Below are positions 34,683 to 46,369 of a DNA stretch of 64,000 bases, one piece after another. The stretch covers positions 1,385,552 to 1,449,551 of the forward strand of contig OZ245335.1 in assembly GCA_965226235.1 (NCBI GenBank). The letters are read 5' to 3'. The translations under genes and the position numbers were made by a program. The DNA comes from Candidatus Oxydemutatoraceae bacterium (GTDB lineage: Bacteria > Pseudomonadota > Gammaproteobacteria > Poriferisulfidales > Oxydemutatoraceae). How positions within the stretch are numbered: position 1 is the stretch's first letter; every line of letters starts with the position of its first letter. The notes beneath the pieces were generated by a model. It was not told the origin of the DNA and did not search any database. It worked only from the letters and a program-made list of their open reading frames with translations.

Positions 34683-35705
34683 TCAGTCTTCAGGTTTAGG
34701 GGGGCGCTCGAGCAGTTTTTTCACTGCCTGCGCCGGGTTTATCCTGCCGGCCAGGATGTCGCTGACCTGTTCGCAAATGGGCAGGTCGACGCGATAGCGG
34801 CGCGCCAGTTGTTGCGCGACGGTGGCGGAAGATACCCCCTCGGCTACCTGGGTGATCTTTTTGCCGATTATGGCGGTGCTGTGACCTTCAGCAATCAACA
34901 GGCCAAAGCGGCGATTCCTGGATTGGTCGCTGGTGCAGGTGAGTACCAGGTCTCCGATGCCCGCGAGACCGTTGAGCGTATCACTTTTGCCGCCCATGAC
35001 AACAGCCAGACGACGAACTTCGCTCAACCCGCGGGTAATCAGCGCCGCTCGGGCGTTCGAGCCAAACCCCAGACCGTCGGAAATGCCAACCGCGATGGCA
35101 ATGATGTTTTTGAAGGTGCCGGCGATCTCGGTCCCAACGACGTCGTCGCTGGTGTAGACGCGGAAGGTGCGATGACGGAACAATTCAGCGGCTTTGTTCG
35201 CGAACCCGCTGTCTTTCGATGCGGCGATCACAGCAGTCGGTGCCCCCCTTGCGACCTCGTCTGCAAACGAGGGACCGGACAGACAGGCGTGCGGGAGGTT
35301 GCAGCGCATCGCTTCAGCGAATACCTGGTGTGCCAGTTTTGCGGACAAAGGCTCTATGCCCTTGGTCGCCAGCACGACACCTTGGTGCCGCACCCCGATT
35401 TCTTCGCCCGCCTTTTCGCAAACCCGCCGCAACGCAGCGCTGGGGATTGCGATTACCAGGATACGGCATGCCGCAATCGCTGTCGCCAGATCGGCCTGGG
35501 GACGCAGGTTGCGTGGTAGCCTGCAGCCGGGCAGGTAAACATCGTTACAGCGGGTTTGGGCGATTTTTTCAAGCAGGGCTTCGTCGCGCCCCCACAGCGT
35601 CACACGGTGGCCGTTATCGGCCAGCCGTATTGCGAGGGCGGTTCCCCATGAGCCGGCTCCCAGAACACTGACGGGTTCTCCCTTGCGCTCGTTCTCGGAT
35701 GGCAT
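34683..35705 (-). CDS. gpsA: NAD(P)H glycerol-3-phosphate dehydrogenase
   Basis: GAGSWGTA, SGPSFA, KNIIAIA, GDLVLTC..SRN. Confidence 0.96.
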   Translation of the reverse strand: MPSENERKGEPVSVLGAGSWGTALAIRLADNGHRVTLWGRDEALLEKIAQTRCNDVYLPGCRLPRNLRPQADLATAIAACRILVIAIPSAALRRVCEKAGEEIGVRHQGVVLATKGIEPLSAKLAHQVFAEAMRCNLPHACLSGPSFADEVARGAPTAVIAASKDSGFANKAAELFRHRTFRVYTSDDVVGTEIAGTFKNIIAIAVGISDGLGFGSNARAALITRGLSEVRRLAVVMGGKSDTLNGLAGIGDLVLTCTSDQSRNRRFGLLIAEGHSTAIIGKKITQVAEGVSSATVAQQLARRYRVDLPICEQVSDILAGRINPAQAVKKLLERPPKPED

Positions 35706-35738
35706 AAAGCTACATGGCTGATTGCGCCGTTTTCCCGA

Positions 35739-36197
35739 TCAGTGTGTGACCGGCAAGGCTTTCTGTTCCTTCAGCGCCTTTACTTTTTGCTGGTAGAAAG
35801 ACTGAAAATCCATGGCCCCAAGCAGCAACTGAGGAAAGCCGCCCTTGGTGACCAGGCTCGAAATCGCTTCCCGGGCAAAGGGGAACAACACGTTCGCGCA
35901 GTGAACCTGGACGACCTCGGCTACTTGAGGCTCCTTGATCTCGCTCAGCTTGAAAATTCCTGCCTGATGCACTTCGACCAGGAATGCAACGGCTTCCTCC
36001 TGCTTGGCAGTAATGGTGACGCGTAAGATCACCTCGTGAACCCCCTGTTTCTCCAACTTCTGGTGTGACGTGTTCAAAGTGACATCGAGGTGGGGCTTCC
36101 ATTGCTGCGGAAAGTTTCCTGCATTTTGTTTTGGCGTCTCAAAGGAAGCGTCCTTGAGATACACCCGCTGGATTTCAATGCGTATGCTGTCTGCCAT
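35739..36197 (-). CDS. secB: protein-export chaperone SecB
   Basis: IQRVYLKDASFE, QAGIF, LFPFARE. Confidence 0.96.
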   Translation of the reverse strand: MADSIRIEIQRVYLKDASFETPKQNAGNFPQQWKPHLDVTLNTSHQKLEKQGVHEVILRVTITAKQEEAVAFLVEVHQAGIFKLSEIKEPQVAEVVQVHCANVLFPFAREAISSLVTKGGFPQLLLGAMDFQSFYQQKVKALKEQKALPVTH

Positions 36198-36203
36198 ATC
36201 GCT

Positions 36204-36464
36204 TCAGTTGCTCACCTGGAGCTTGTTCAGCCCTCCGTCCTGATCCAGTTCAATCAGGTCGTCGTAACCGCCGACATGGTTTCCGTCGATGAAAATTTGC
36301 GGAACCGAGCGACGGTCGGTGCGGGTTGACAATTCTTCACGCTTTTCTGCATCGAGATCAATGCGGAATTCTTCGTAGGCGATGCCTTTCCTGTCCAGCA
36401 AGCGCTTGGTCCAGCCGCAGTATGGACAGTTGGCAGAGGTAAAAATTTCAACTTTGGCAACCAT
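36204..36464 (-). CDS. grxC: glutaredoxin 3
   Basis: CPYC, SVPQIFI and GGYDD motifs. Confidence 0.95.
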   Translation of the reverse strand: MVAKVEIFTSANCPYCGWTKRLLDRKGIAYEEFRIDLDAEKREELSTRTDRRSVPQIFIDGNHVGGYDDLIELDQDGGLNKLQVSN

Positions 36465-36476
36465 GGTCTTTGCCCG

Positions 36477-36902
36477 TTATTTTCTCACAAGCGGCATATT
36501 AGCCTGTTGCCAGGAAGTGATGCCCCCCTTCAGATGATAGACCCTCGAGAACCCATGCTTCCTGAGCAATCGACAGGCGGCGGGCGCACGGAGTCCGTTC
36601 GCGCAGAATGCGACCAACGGTGTGTTCTTGAGCGAAGAAATATCGGCGAGGCGTTGCTGTAATGCACTGACGGGAAGATGTTTCGCGTTCTGTATGGTGC
36701 CATTGCCGATTTCGTGACTCTCGCGCAAGTCAAGGAGAACTGCGCCTTCCCGGTTGATGAGACGCACGGTTTCATTGGGGCCGATGTCGCTATAAGGCTT
36801 GGCAAGCTTCTGTATCTCGAATGCTATCGTGATGATGATCAAGGCGGCGAAAGCCCCGACCAGGAAAACATTGCCTTGCGCGAACGCAATGAAATTCGAC
36901 AT
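36477..36902 (-). CDS. membrane-anchored rhodanese-like protein (YibN-like)
   Basis: N-terminal TM, LDLR, C-ANG and LKGG..W motifs. Conserved position before grxC-secB-gpsA. Confidence 0.9.
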   Translation of the reverse strand: MSNFIAFAQGNVFLVGAFAALIIITIAFEIQKLAKPYSDIGPNETVRLINREGAVLLDLRESHEIGNGTIQNAKHLPVSALQQRLADISSLKNTPLVAFCANGLRAPAACRLLRKHGFSRVYHLKGGITSWQQANMPLVRK

Positions 36903-36960
36903 GGGGGGTATTGTAAGGCAATTGAAGCGCCGCGTGGAGCCGGGCCCATTGCAACCCGTT

Positions 36961-37758
36961 TCAGGGAGATGGAAATAAAGCGGAAGCTTTGCCGGTTACA
37001 TAATAGGCTATCAGCCCCACCCATTCCCTGGATGCGCCATTGAACCGCGATACCCGACGAAAAGAAAGCCAGCCGGGCATGAATCGGTAAACTCCCTCCG
37101 TCATGTAGCCGGTTTGCGCCGCAATGACATCCCAGCCGATTTCCCGAAATACGCCAACGCTTCGGGGCATATGGAACGCGGAGGTTACCAGGAGCCAGGT
37201 CTGTCCGGGCTTTGGCTGAGCCAGAGCCTGGGTATAGACCCCGTTCTCATAGGTATTTCTCGCACGCTTTTCATAGTGGATGCGGGAGAGATCCGCACCT
37301 TGCTGTTCAAAGAATTTCTGTGCCAGTTCATACTCGGCGGGGCCACGAGGAATGATTGCCGGTGAAAACCCGCTGAAATATACCTGTGCGTTTGGGTATC
37401 TCTGCATCAAGGTCAGCACCTTTCTCAAACGGGTGGTGCCCATGCTCTCCTCAGGGTCCCGAAGAGACTGCTCTGACGTGAGCTGGCCACCGAGTGCAAT
37501 GATGCCATCCGCGTCGTCAGGCAAGCGCACATTGGCGAACCGGTTCTCAAGCAGGGTATATGCCCATTGCCATACAGGAAACACGCCCAGTACCAACACG
37601 GTAAGTCCGACCACAGTGATGATCAGCCGACCGGTCTCAGGGAAATGCCACCACAGGAGCACCGTGCCGACGGCAGACAACCACGTCAGCAGGTGTGCTG
37701 GCTGTACTACTTCCCAGAGTAGCTTCGAGCTGACGAAGAATGTAGTGTTGCCTGTCAT
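36961..37758 (-). CDS. YdcF/ElyC (DUF218) family protein
   Basis: IIALGG, ARNTYEN and LVTSAFHMPRS motifs. Confidence 0.9.
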   Translation of the reverse strand: MTGNTTFFVSSKLLWEVVQPAHLLTWLSAVGTVLLWWHFPETGRLIITVVGLTVLVLGVFPVWQWAYTLLENRFANVRLPDDADGIIALGGQLTSEQSLRDPEESMGTTRLRKVLTLMQRYPNAQVYFSGFSPAIIPRGPAEYELAQKFFEQQGADLSRIHYEKRARNTYENGVYTQALAQPKPGQTWLLVTSAFHMPRSVGVFREIGWDVIAAQTGYMTEGVYRFMPGWLSFRRVSRFNGASREWVGLIAYYVTGKASALFPSP

Positions 37759-37784
37759 CGTTTCTGCAGAAACATCAGGTTTGC

Positions 37785-37816
37785 GTAGAGCAGTGCCTCG
37801 CCCAACGATGCTCTAC
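37785..37816. repeat. GTAG-type REP-like hairpin
   Basis: GTAGAGCA..TGCTCTAC inverted repeat. Confidence 0.5.
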
Positions 37817-37825
37817 TCCAAGTAT

Positions 37826-37890
37826 TGTATGAGGCTGGAAACATATGATACAAACGAGGCAGGTGCTGGGCAAACATTTGGCAAGGTGTG
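37826..37890 (-). mobile_element. isolated IS481 right end, inverted
   Basis: Reverse complement matches 38917-38979 (tgccaaatg..cccagcacctgcctcgtttgt..cataca). Confidence 0.85.
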
Positions 37891-37896
37891 AGGTTA

Positions 37897-38979
37897 TGTA
37901 TGAGTTCGGAAACAAATGGGACAGATGGTCTGATGTAAAAAGGAAGCCGACATGTTGATGCAACACATCGGCTTCCGCGTGCGAGGTTTCTATAAAATCG
38001 CCTCTTTAAGCAATCAACAGGAGGCGATGATGAGCACGAATGCCCAGCAGAAACTCGACGCACTTGGATTCTGGAACAAACACGGCCTGAATGCTACCAG
38101 TGACGCATACAAGGTGAGCCGCTCGACGCTGTACCACTGGCGCAAGTCTCCCTGTGAAGGCGGCATAAGCGGCCTGCATGACCGCAGCCGAGCACCACGG
38201 CAGCGCCGCCGTCGCAGTTGGCCGCCGGCACTACGCGTTGAAATACGCCGGCTGCGAACGGTTTTCCCGAACCTGGGAAAGGACAAGCTACACGTACTAC
38301 TGCAGCCATGGAGCGCGCACCGCGGCTGGTGTGTCCCAGTGCGAGTACGATCGGGCGCTTAATCGCCGACACCCCGGACAGGATGCGTCTGGTGCCAACC
38401 CGTCTAACCCCCAAAGGCAAGACCAAACCATTACGCCGCCAACGTTTCAAGCAACGGCTGGGCAACGGCTTCTGCGCGGATTACCCGAGGCACTGCGTCG
38501 CGTTCGATACGGTGGTGCGTTTCGTCGGACGCACCCGTCGCTACCTGCTCACTGCCACCGATCACGCCAGCCGCTTTGCCCTGGCGATCGCTGTGCAACG
38601 CCACGACAGCCACCACGCCGCGCGCTTCGCGGAATTGGTCCAAACCGTGTTTCCAAGGCGTATCGAACAGATCCTGACAGACAACGGCTGTGGGTTTCAG
38701 GGCGCCTTTGCCGATTACGCCAGGGCGCAGAGGTGGCGCCATTGCCACACCTACCCGAGAAGCCCGAAAATGAACGCCTTCAACGAACGTTTCAACCGTA
38801 CCGTGCAGGAAGATTTCGTCGATTACGAGGAGGAGCTGCTGCTCGAAGACCTGCGGCTGTTAGATTATCTTGATCGCTACAACGGACAGAGACCGCACCA
38901 AGGAATCAATTGCCGAACACCCTGCCAAATGCTCGCCCAGCACCTGCCTCGTTTGTCCCATCTGGGGTGGACCCATACA
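37897..38979 (+). mobile_element. IS481-family element, frameshifted transposase
   Basis: Ends TGTATGAGTTC and GGACCCATACA. ORFs 37952-38362 (HTH) and from 38308 (AFDT, TDNG, ERFNRT, RPH). Homologous to 19203-20233. Confidence 0.9.
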
Positions 38980-39052
38980 ATTGATTCCTCGGTTATTGGA
39001 CGGTATTGTCCCGGGATCATTCATTCTCGACTACAGCAACCGGGACCGTGGA

Positions 39053-40390
39053 TCAGAGTTTTCTCTCCAAGTAGTGAATGTCAAGACCGCCTTCCGCAAA
39101 AGCCGCGTCGTTTATCAACTGCAGCTGCAGTTCAATGTTGGTCTTGATGCCTGAGATGATAATTTCTTCCAGCGCGTTGCGCATTCGCAGACGCGCGACG
39201 TTTCGGTCGCCGCCATACGCGATCAGTTTGCCGACCAGCGAGTCGTAGTACGGCGGCACGGAATACCCCGTGTACAGATGCGAATCCACGCGAATACCTG
39301 GCCCGCCGGGCGCATGAAACATCTCTACTCGCCCCGGCGAAGGTGCGAAATTTGCCGCCGGATCTTCGGCGTTGATCCGGCATTCGATCGCGTGTCCCTG
39401 GAATTCAATGTCGCTTTGCGTGAAACCAAGTTTTTCTTTCGCCGCGATCCTGATCTGCTCCTTGACGATATCGATGCCGGTAATCATTTCCGTTACCGGG
39501 TGCTCGACCTGCACCCGGGTATTCATTTCAATGAAGTAAAACTCGCCATCCTGGTAAAGAAACTCGAGGGTGCCTGCGCCACGGTACCCGATCTTGGCAC
39601 AGGCCTCGATCGCACGCTGGCCGATATCACCGCGCTGCTGATCACTGAGACCGATCGCGGGCGCCTCTTCGATCAATTTCTGATGCCGGCGCTGCATTGA
39701 GCAATCGCGTTCGCCCAGGTGCACAATGTTGCCATAATGATCGGCGAGCACCTGCACTTCAATATGCCGCGGCTTTTCCAGGAATTTCTCCATGTAAACA
39801 GTATCGTCGCCAAACACTGCCAGCGCCTCGGAGCGCGTGATCATCAGCGCGTTCGCCAGGGCCCCTTCGCTGTGAACGACGCGCATCCCGCGGCCTCCCC
39901 CCCCACTCGCTGCCTTGATGATCACCGGGTACCCGATTCCCCGCGCCAGCGCCAGGCCTTCCGCCGGATCATTGCCGAGCGGCTCGTTCGAACCGGGCAC
40001 GCAGGGAATATTCGCCTTTTGCATCAGCCGTCGCGCGGAAATCTTATCTCCCATCAGGCGAATGCTTTCGGGTCCAGGCCCAATGAAGATGAATCCGCTC
40101 GATTCGACCTGTTCAGCAAAATTCGCCTGCTCGGAAAGAAACCCGTAGCCTGGGTGGATCGCCACCGCGTCGGTCAATTCAGCCGCACTAATGATCGCGG
40201 GAATGTTCAAATAGCTGTGCTGTGACTGGGCGGGACCGATGCAAACCGATTCGTCGGCAAGCTTTACATGCTTCAGGTCCACGTCTGCTTCGGAATGCAC
40301 CGCGACGGTCTTGATGCCCAGTTCTTTGCACGCGCGCAGGATACGCAACGCGATTTCCCCGCGGTTGGCAATAACAATCTTGTCCAGCAT
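39053..40390 (-). CDS. accC: acetyl-CoA carboxylase biotin carboxylase subunit
   Basis: [34 protein letters not shown]. Confidence 0.98.
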   Translation of the reverse strand: MLDKIVIANRGEIALRILRACKELGIKTVAVHSEADVDLKHVKLADESVCIGPAQSQHSYLNIPAIISAAELTDAVAIHPGYGFLSEQANFAEQVESSGFIFIGPGPESIRLMGDKISARRLMQKANIPCVPGSNEPLGNDPAEGLALARGIGYPVIIKAASGGGGRGMRVVHSEGALANALMITRSEALAVFGDDTVYMEKFLEKPRHIEVQVLADHYGNIVHLGERDCSMQRRHQKLIEEAPAIGLSDQQRGDIGQRAIEACAKIGYRGAGTLEFLYQDGEFYFIEMNTRVQVEHPVTEMITGIDIVKEQIRIAAKEKLGFTQSDIEFQGHAIECRINAEDPAANFAPSPGRVEMFHAPGGPGIRVDSHLYTGYSVPPYYDSLVGKLIAYGGDRNVARLRMRNALEEIIISGIKTNIELQLQLINDAAFAEGGLDIHYLERKL

Positions 40391-40415
40391 CACATCGCGG
40401 CTGCGTGCCGCCTGC

Positions 40416-40910
40416 CTATGAGGACTTGCCGATGATGGCAACCGGCTGGCCAAATTCCACTGGGTCGTTACTCTCCACCAGGAATTTCTTCACAACCCCG
40501 GCAACGGGTGCTTCGATCTGGTTCATCATCTTCATCGCTTCGATAATGTATAGCGTTGCCCCTGCTTCTATGGTCTCGCCCACTTCTACAAACGGTGCAG
40601 AATCAGGAGCGGGGGCGCGGTAAAAAGTGCCAACCATCGGTGACTTGACGATTTCTTCATTGCCGCTGTCCGGTTCACCCTGGCTTTGGGAAGTCTTGTC
40701 GGGAGGTTGTACAACGATCCCCGGGGAGGCGATTGCGGCTTGTGGATCGGGAATGGCACCAGGGCCGCTATGGTGTGCCACAAACTGCGGCTGTTGCGGA
40801 TGCACGGCGCGGCTGATGCGTACTGATTCATCCGCTTCATGTACCTCGATCTCCCCGACGCTGGACGCTTCGACCAACTCGATCAGTTTTTTGATTTTCC
40901 TCAGATCCAC
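40416..40910 (-). CDS. accB: biotin carboxyl carrier protein
   Basis: GTG start [19 protein letters not shown] and EAMKM motifs. Confidence 0.96.
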   Translation of the reverse strand: MDLRKIKKLIELVEASSVGEIEVHEADESVRISRAVHPQQPQFVAHHSGPGAIPDPQAAIASPGIVVQPPDKTSQSQGEPDSGNEEIVKSPMVGTFYRAPAPDSAPFVEVGETIEAGATLYIIEAMKMMNQIEAPVAGVVKKFLVESNDPVEFGQPVAIIGKSS

Positions 40911-40914
40911 CCCG

Positions 40915-41355
40915 TTATTTTCTCCCGTATTCCAAAGCCGCCATGGTCGCAAGCTCATAGCCCCGGGCACCGAAACCTGAAATGACGCCGACAGCGATGT
41001 CGGATAAATAAGAATGCCGCCGAAAGGCTTCGCGGGCAAAGATGTTGGACAGATGCAACTCGATGAATGGCTTGGACACGCTCAACAGTGCGTCTCGCAG
41101 CGCAATGCTCGTGTGGGTAAGCGCCCCAGGGTTGATGATGATGACACGGGTGCCGTCGTCAAGCGTTTGGTGGATGCGCTCGATCAGCACTGCTTCGTCA
41201 TTGGACTGCAGATGAGCGAGCCTTGCCGCGCTTTCCTCGGCAACGCGTTGCGCCCGTGCGACGACATCATGCAGCGTTTCCTCGCCATACACTTCCGGTT
41301 CACGGCGTCCAAGCAGGTTCAGGTTGGGGCCGTTTAACAACAGAATCTGAAACAT
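40915..41355 (-). CDS. aroQ: type II 3-dehydroquinate dehydratase
   Basis: [31 protein letters not shown]-like motif. Confidence 0.96.
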   Translation of the reverse strand: MFQILLLNGPNLNLLGRREPEVYGEETLHDVVARAQRVAEESAARLAHLQSNDEAVLIERIHQTLDDGTRVIIINPGALTHTSIALRDALLSVSKPFIELHLSNIFAREAFRRHSYLSDIAVGVISGFGARGYELATMAALEYGRK

Positions 41356-41474
41356 ATCTTTAGCCTGCCGGATAGATGCGAAGTCGGCAAATTCCAAACT
41401 TTACGAGATTTTATCAGGTTTTAGCCGACGATCAATGAGAACGGATGGCTCGATGAAACCCACCCAACAATCCA

Positions 41475-42416
41475 TCAATCCACGGGAGCCACCCCATCGG
41501 GCTTGCCGATCGAGTCTGGGGCATATTCCGGGAACATCTCGAAATAGACCCAGTCTTTCTCGTAAACGTAGCGCAGCAACTCGGCGTCATAGAAATCCTG
41601 CCACTTTTTCTTGCTGGCAGGGGAAGTGTTTTCCATGCTCTGCGTAAGGATAAATTCTATTTTCTCCGCAGGATAGCCCATCTCAAGCAGGAATCGATGC
41701 AACTCGTGGTTCAGGTTTTCCATATGCAGCACCCGCACTCGCTTGAACCAGTCCCTGTATCCTCCGCCCTTGAAAAAGGCGGTAAATTCGTCGGTGGGCA
41801 TCTCCATGATTTCCCGGGGATTGGGTGCAGCAAAAAAAATCAATTGTAGCGAAGAAAAACCGATGTCATGCTGCCTCTCAAGACCCGGGAAGTATTCCTC
41901 GCACCGCCTTCTGAACTTGCGCGTTTGCATTTCCATCAAGTACTCCCGGAACGAGCACATATCCCGGGTCAATCCTCTGCCAGGTACGGTTCGATTGATT
42001 TCAGTGTTGTAGTAATAAGCCGACAGATAGCGGGCAAAGGGATTTCGCACCGTGAGCAAAATCGGCTTCTGTCCCTCCCGGTTCGATAAAAACCAGTCGG
42101 GTAGCTGATGAAAACTTCCATGGTTCCACCGAAAATGCGAAAGGATTTGAGGGTTGTGCTTGGCTAACATGCAAACCAGGAAAGGAAACTTTTCCCCCGC
42201 CGGCAAAGCATTTTCGGAAAAAACGATGGAGCGCTCCCGGTTGCGCGTAAAACGGAATCTACGCTGGGGGTTGCTGCAGAGGAGTAGAAAAGCCTTCGTG
42301 TAGCGGCTGATCACCCCGGGCGGAGTGCCGGGACAGACTTGATTGAGGACCTTGCGCACAAAATTTCCGCCGGTTTTCTGGAAATGCACGAAAATAAATC
42401 TTGGAGTAATAATCAT
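41475..42416 (-). CDS. sulfotransferase family 2-like protein
   Basis: FIFVHFQKTGG, VRNPFARYLSAY, MENL, NTS, WQDFYD. Start could be at 42452. Confidence 0.8.
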   Translation of the reverse strand: MIITPRFIFVHFQKTGGNFVRKVLNQVCPGTPPGVISRYTKAFLLLCSNPQRRFRFTRNRERSIVFSENALPAGEKFPFLVCMLAKHNPQILSHFRWNHGSFHQLPDWFLSNREGQKPILLTVRNPFARYLSAYYYNTEINRTVPGRGLTRDMCSFREYLMEMQTRKFRRRCEEYFPGLERQHDIGFSSLQLIFFAAPNPREIMEMPTDEFTAFFKGGGYRDWFKRVRVLHMENLNHELHRFLLEMGYPAEKIEFILTQSMENTSPASKKKWQDFYDAELLRYVYEKDWVYFEMFPEYAPDSIGKPDGVAPVD

Positions 42417-43228
42417 GGGGCTTGAGTCCATGGCTCTGGATCGGGCCTCCATGCCTCTCTGTGGGTCCTCGCAACGACCCAGGCCTCCACGCGCGCGACG
42501 CCTGCCTTGTGTAGCAAGCGGGCAGCCTCCCTGACCGTTGCCCCCGTCGTCATGACATCATCGACGATCGTTACAAACTGTGCCCGCGGCAACTTGCGCA
42601 CGGAGATCGTTCCTCGTGGATTTCGGCAGCGGCGCAAAGCAGGTAATGCCGTCTGAGGCACGCAGGCACCTGTTCTTTCCAGACACGCGTGGTAAAACGG
42701 CACGCGCAGGTGACGCGACAGGGTGCGGGTAATTTCCATAGCCTGATTGAAGCCGCGTTGCTGCAGGTGCTCACGATGCGTAGGAACCGGTATAAAGCAA
42801 TCAGGCAAGGAAATCGCGGCATCTTTGGCGCGCGCTGCCAGCAACTTGCCAAGAATCCGTGCACAATACAAATGTTTACCGAATTTCAACTCGTGAATTA
42901 TAGCATCGACCGGCGGAGCATAAAGGAACGCGGCAAACGTGCGGTCAAACGCCGGAGGGTGGGCGATACAACTGCCGCAAATCGCCCGTGGAGCACTGCC
43001 CGCAGGCAAGCAATCGGCACATGAAAAACAGACATTGTCCGGCACCGGCAGGGTGGCAAGGCAGGCATCGCAAAGATCGCTTTCCGGGTTACCCGGGTCC
43101 TGGCAGACCAGGCAGGTCGGGGGAAAGAGCCACGACACGATCCTGCTCCCGCAGGATGGCTTGGTGGGGGGGCGCCTTGAAACTGACACGTCGGCAACTC
43201 TCCTGTAAACTAGAGGCGCTTTTGCCAC
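42413..43228 (-). CDS. comF: ComF family amidophosphoribosyltransferase-like protein
   Basis: N-terminal Cys pairs, RGFNQ and [11 protein letters not shown]. Divergent from bioB. Start uncertain. Confidence 0.9.
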   Translation of the reverse strand: MAKAPLVYRRVADVSVSRRPPTKPSCGSRIVSWLFPPTCLVCQDPGNPESDLCDACLATLPVPDNVCFSCADCLPAGSAPRAICGSCIAHPPAFDRTFAAFLYAPPVDAIIHELKFGKHLYCARILGKLLAARAKDAAISLPDCFIPVPTHREHLQQRGFNQAMEITRTLSRHLRVPFYHACLERTGACVPQTALPALRRCRNPRGTISVRKLPRAQFVTIVDDVMTTGATVREAARLLHKAGVARVEAWVVARTHREAWRPDPEPWTQAP

Positions 43229-43254
43229 TTGAAATGCTTTACAAGCTTCTCCCG

Positions 43255-44244
43255 ATGCCCTCTACCACTGCTCGACCCATTCGCCACGACTGGAAGCGTG
43301 ACGAGATACTTGCCTTGCTTGGCTTGCCTTTTCATGACCTCCTGTACAGCGCCCACAAAACCCATCGCGATTTTCACGACCCCGCGCGCATCCAGACCAG
43401 TTCCCTGCTTTCGATCAAGACCGGCTCGTGTCCGGAGGACTGCGCCTATTGCCCACAAAGCGCGCACCATAATACTGGCTTGGAAAGGGGCAGCCTGATG
43501 CCGCTTGAACAAGTGGTCGCCGCTGCCGTGCAGGCGAAGCGACAAGGCGCCGAACGCTTCTGCATGGGCGCGGCATGGCGCAAACCCAGTGAAAAAGACC
43601 TCCGGCAGGTAGCTGAAATGATCCGTGCCGTCAAGCGGCTCGGGCTTGAAACCTGCGTTACGCTAGGCATGCTCGATGCTGCTCAGGCGCGACACCTGAA
43701 GACTGCCGGGCTCGATTTTTACAACCACAACCTTGATACTTCCCCGGAGTTTTATGGGACGATCATCACCACCAGGGTATATCAGGACCGTCTCGACACA
43801 CTGGAAAACGTACGACGGGCGGGTATCAAGGTATGTGCCGGCGGCATCCTCGGCATGGGCGAGTCACGTGAAGACCGTGCCGGCTTGCTGGAACAACTGG
43901 CCAACCAGCCTGGTCATCCTGAGTCGGTGCCGATCAACCTGCTCGTTCGGGTGGAGGGAACGCCGCTGGAGCGGCTACCCGACTTTGACCCGATCGAGTT
44001 CGTCCGGGTCATCGCTACCGCCAGGATTCTGATGCCAAAATCCTGGCTACGTCTTTCTGCAGGGCGCGAAGAGATGTCTGACGAAATGCAGGCGTTATGT
44101 TTTTTTGCTGGTGCCAATTCGATTTTCTGGGGGAACCAGCTACTAACGACAGCCAATGCCTCGACACAGCATGACCATGATCTGCTGTCACGGCTGGGGC
44201 TTGAACCCGGTGAGAAACAATCAGTCAGCTACAGGCTTTCTTGA
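43255..44244 (+). CDS. bioB: biotin synthase
   Basis: [11 protein letters not shown] radical SAM motif, [14 protein letters not shown]. Confidence 0.97.
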   Translation: MPSTTARPIRHDWKRDEILALLGLPFHDLLYSAHKTHRDFHDPARIQTSSLLSIKTGSCPEDCAYCPQSAHHNTGLERGSLMPLEQVVAAAVQAKRQGAERFCMGAAWRKPSEKDLRQVAEMIRAVKRLGLETCVTLGMLDAAQARHLKTAGLDFYNHNLDTSPEFYGTIITTRVYQDRLDTLENVRRAGIKVCAGGILGMGESREDRAGLLEQLANQPGHPESVPINLLVRVEGTPLERLPDFDPIEFVRVIATARILMPKSWLRLSAGREEMSDEMQALCFFAGANSIFWGNQLLTTANASTQHDHDLLSRLGLEPGEKQSVSYRLS

Positions 44245-45433
44245 CGATATTCGCCAGCGGCTGGAAAGTAAGCGTCGGCAGGGAACCTACCGTGTCCGCC
44301 ATGCCAGCACGGGAAAAACACAACCTCACCGTGTTTGCTCCGGACAGAAAGTATTGTCTTTTTGCAGCAACGATTACCTGGGGCTCGCCTCGGACGCGCG
44401 GGTCATCGCAGCCTTCTGCCACGGGGCTGAAACCTTCGGCGTCGGCACTGGCGCAGCTTGCCTGATCAACGGGTATACAAGCGCGCACCGTCAACTGGAA
44501 GAAAAGCTTGCCGACTTCACTGGGCGTGACAAAGCGCTTTTGTTTTCAACCGGCTATATGGCGAACCTCGGGGTCGGATATGCGCTGGCCGGCAGCCATA
44601 CCTTCAGAGACAGATGCGTGTTCGAGGATCGGCTCAACCACGCCTCGCTGATAGACGCGGCTGCGTTCTCGCGGACGCGGCTGAGGCGCTATGCACATGC
44701 GGACCCTCGCTCGCTGCAACGAATGCTGCACCAGGAGAGTGACGGAGCCGCGGCTTTGGTTGCCAGCGATGCCGTGTTCAGCATGGATGGCGACATCGCC
44801 CCCCTCGCGGATCTTGCAGCAACCTGTAAAGCGCACGGTGCGATCCTGCTCGCAGACGACGCGCATGGCTTCGGCGTTGCTGGCGCACGCGGTGCCGGGA
44901 CACTTGAGCAGCAAGGGCTGTCGCAGGGTGACGTACCGCTGTTGGTGGCAACCTTTGGAAAGGCCTGTGGTACCTTCGGTGCTTTCGTCGCGGGCAGTGA
45001 AGAGCTAATCGAGTGGTTGATCCAGGAGGCACGCACCTACATTTATACGACGGCGCCGCCACCGGCTATCGCCTGCGCGACGCTGGAAAGCCTGCGGATC
45101 ATCGAACACGAAGGCTGGCGACGTACCAGGCTGCATGACAACATCGCTCACTTTCGGCGGTTGGCGCAGGACGCCGGCCTGCGAATTTCGGCGTCATCGA
45201 CCCCCATACAACCGTTGATCCTGGGTTCGGCAACGACGGCACTGGCACTGAGCGCGGCATTGGCAAAATCCGGCTTGCAGGTGGTTGCCATACGTCCTCC
45301 AAGCGTTCCCCAAGGCACTTCACGATTACGTATCACCTTGTCGAGCGCACATTCGCGCCATGAGATCGAGCGGCTGATCGACACCCTGGAAGCCCAGATG
45401 CGCCGCGCAAGGGCCAACGACCCTGTGCCATAA
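44210..45433 (+). CDS. bioF: 8-amino-7-oxononanoate synthase
   Basis: SNDYLGL, NHAS, FSMDG, DDAH, TFGKA, RPPSVP. Start approximate. Confidence 0.95.
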   Translation: MRNNQSATGFLDDIRQRLESKRRQGTYRVRHASTGKTQPHRVCSGQKVLSFCSNDYLGLASDARVIAAFCHGAETFGVGTGAACLINGYTSAHRQLEEKLADFTGRDKALLFSTGYMANLGVGYALAGSHTFRDRCVFEDRLNHASLIDAAAFSRTRLRRYAHADPRSLQRMLHQESDGAAALVASDAVFSMDGDIAPLADLAATCKAHGAILLADDAHGFGVAGARGAGTLEQQGLSQGDVPLLVATFGKACGTFGAFVAGSEELIEWLIQEARTYIYTTAPPPAIACATLESLRIIEHEGWRRTRLHDNIAHFRRLAQDAGLRISASSTPIQPLILGSATTALALSAALAKSGLQVVAIRPPSVPQGTSRLRITLSSAHSRHEIERLIDTLEAQMRRARANDPVP

Positions 45434-45444
45434 ACAACGTTGCC

Positions 45445-46278
45445 ATGACCAATAGAAAATCCCTGCAGCAGCTAAAACACCGGGTGCTGCTTGTCTACAA
45501 GGCGCTTTACTACGGTTATTTCGGTTGTGCCCCGGCGTTGCGCTGGAAAAGATGCCTGCCCGGTATCGACGACCATCAAATCCTGCTGGTGAAAAGCGAC
45601 GGCAACTGCCTTGCCTACCACCCGATTCCCAAAACCGGGTGCACGACGGTCAAATTTCTACTCCTCGACGCCATAGGTTCTCCTTTGCCTGCAGACGCAG
45701 AGGAAGTGCACAGCATGACCGAGTGCTCCGTCACCCCTGAAAATTCCGACAATCATCTGGTCGCTGCACGAATGTTTGAAAATGGCTTCAAGCTGCTACC
45801 GGATCTGCCCGAATTCAAGCATGCGTTTCATTTTGCATTCGTCAGAAATCCTTGGTCGAGACTCGCCTCGTGTTATACCAACAAAGTCCTCGACAAACGC
45901 CCGCGCCGATTCTCCGAGTTCAAATATCTTTACCCCGGGATCAGGTTCGAACGGATGACGTTTCCTGATTTTGTGCGTTTCGTCTGCCGTGTTCCGGACG
46001 ACTTGTGCGAACCGCATTTCAGACCCCAGTACCGGTTCATCGACCGCGGTGCCATCGACTTTATCGGGCAGACGGAGCATTTTGCCGATGACCTTGCTGT
46101 TATCATCCGTCGTGCCGGTCTCGACCAGCGCTTGCTCAAATGGGCACAGACAAAAATCAACCTGACACAAACGTCCCCCCGTGGCTATGTGGACCTTTAC
46201 ACTGCAAAAACCCGTGATCTGGTTGCACGCAAGTATGCAAAGGATATTGACTGGTTCGGTTACCGGTTCGGTGACTGA
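45445..46278 (+). CDS. sulfotransferase family 2 protein, source copy of 6118-6960
   Basis: IPKTGCTT, FVRNPWSRLAS and HFRPQ motifs. Confidence 0.88.
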   Translation: MTNRKSLQQLKHRVLLVYKALYYGYFGCAPALRWKRCLPGIDDHQILLVKSDGNCLAYHPIPKTGCTTVKFLLLDAIGSPLPADAEEVHSMTECSVTPENSDNHLVAARMFENGFKLLPDLPEFKHAFHFAFVRNPWSRLASCYTNKVLDKRPRRFSEFKYLYPGIRFERMTFPDFVRFVCRVPDDLCEPHFRPQYRFIDRGAIDFIGQTEHFADDLAVIIRRAGLDQRLLKWAQTKINLTQTSPRGYVDLYTAKTRDLVARKYAKDIDWFGYRFGD

Positions 46279-46369
46279 TGCGATGAGCAGACAACAACGC
46301 ACCCCCCGGAGGTGGCACCCTGGCCGGTAACTGCTGTTCGGGCCGTCTGGCATCTTTGCAGAGCCCACC

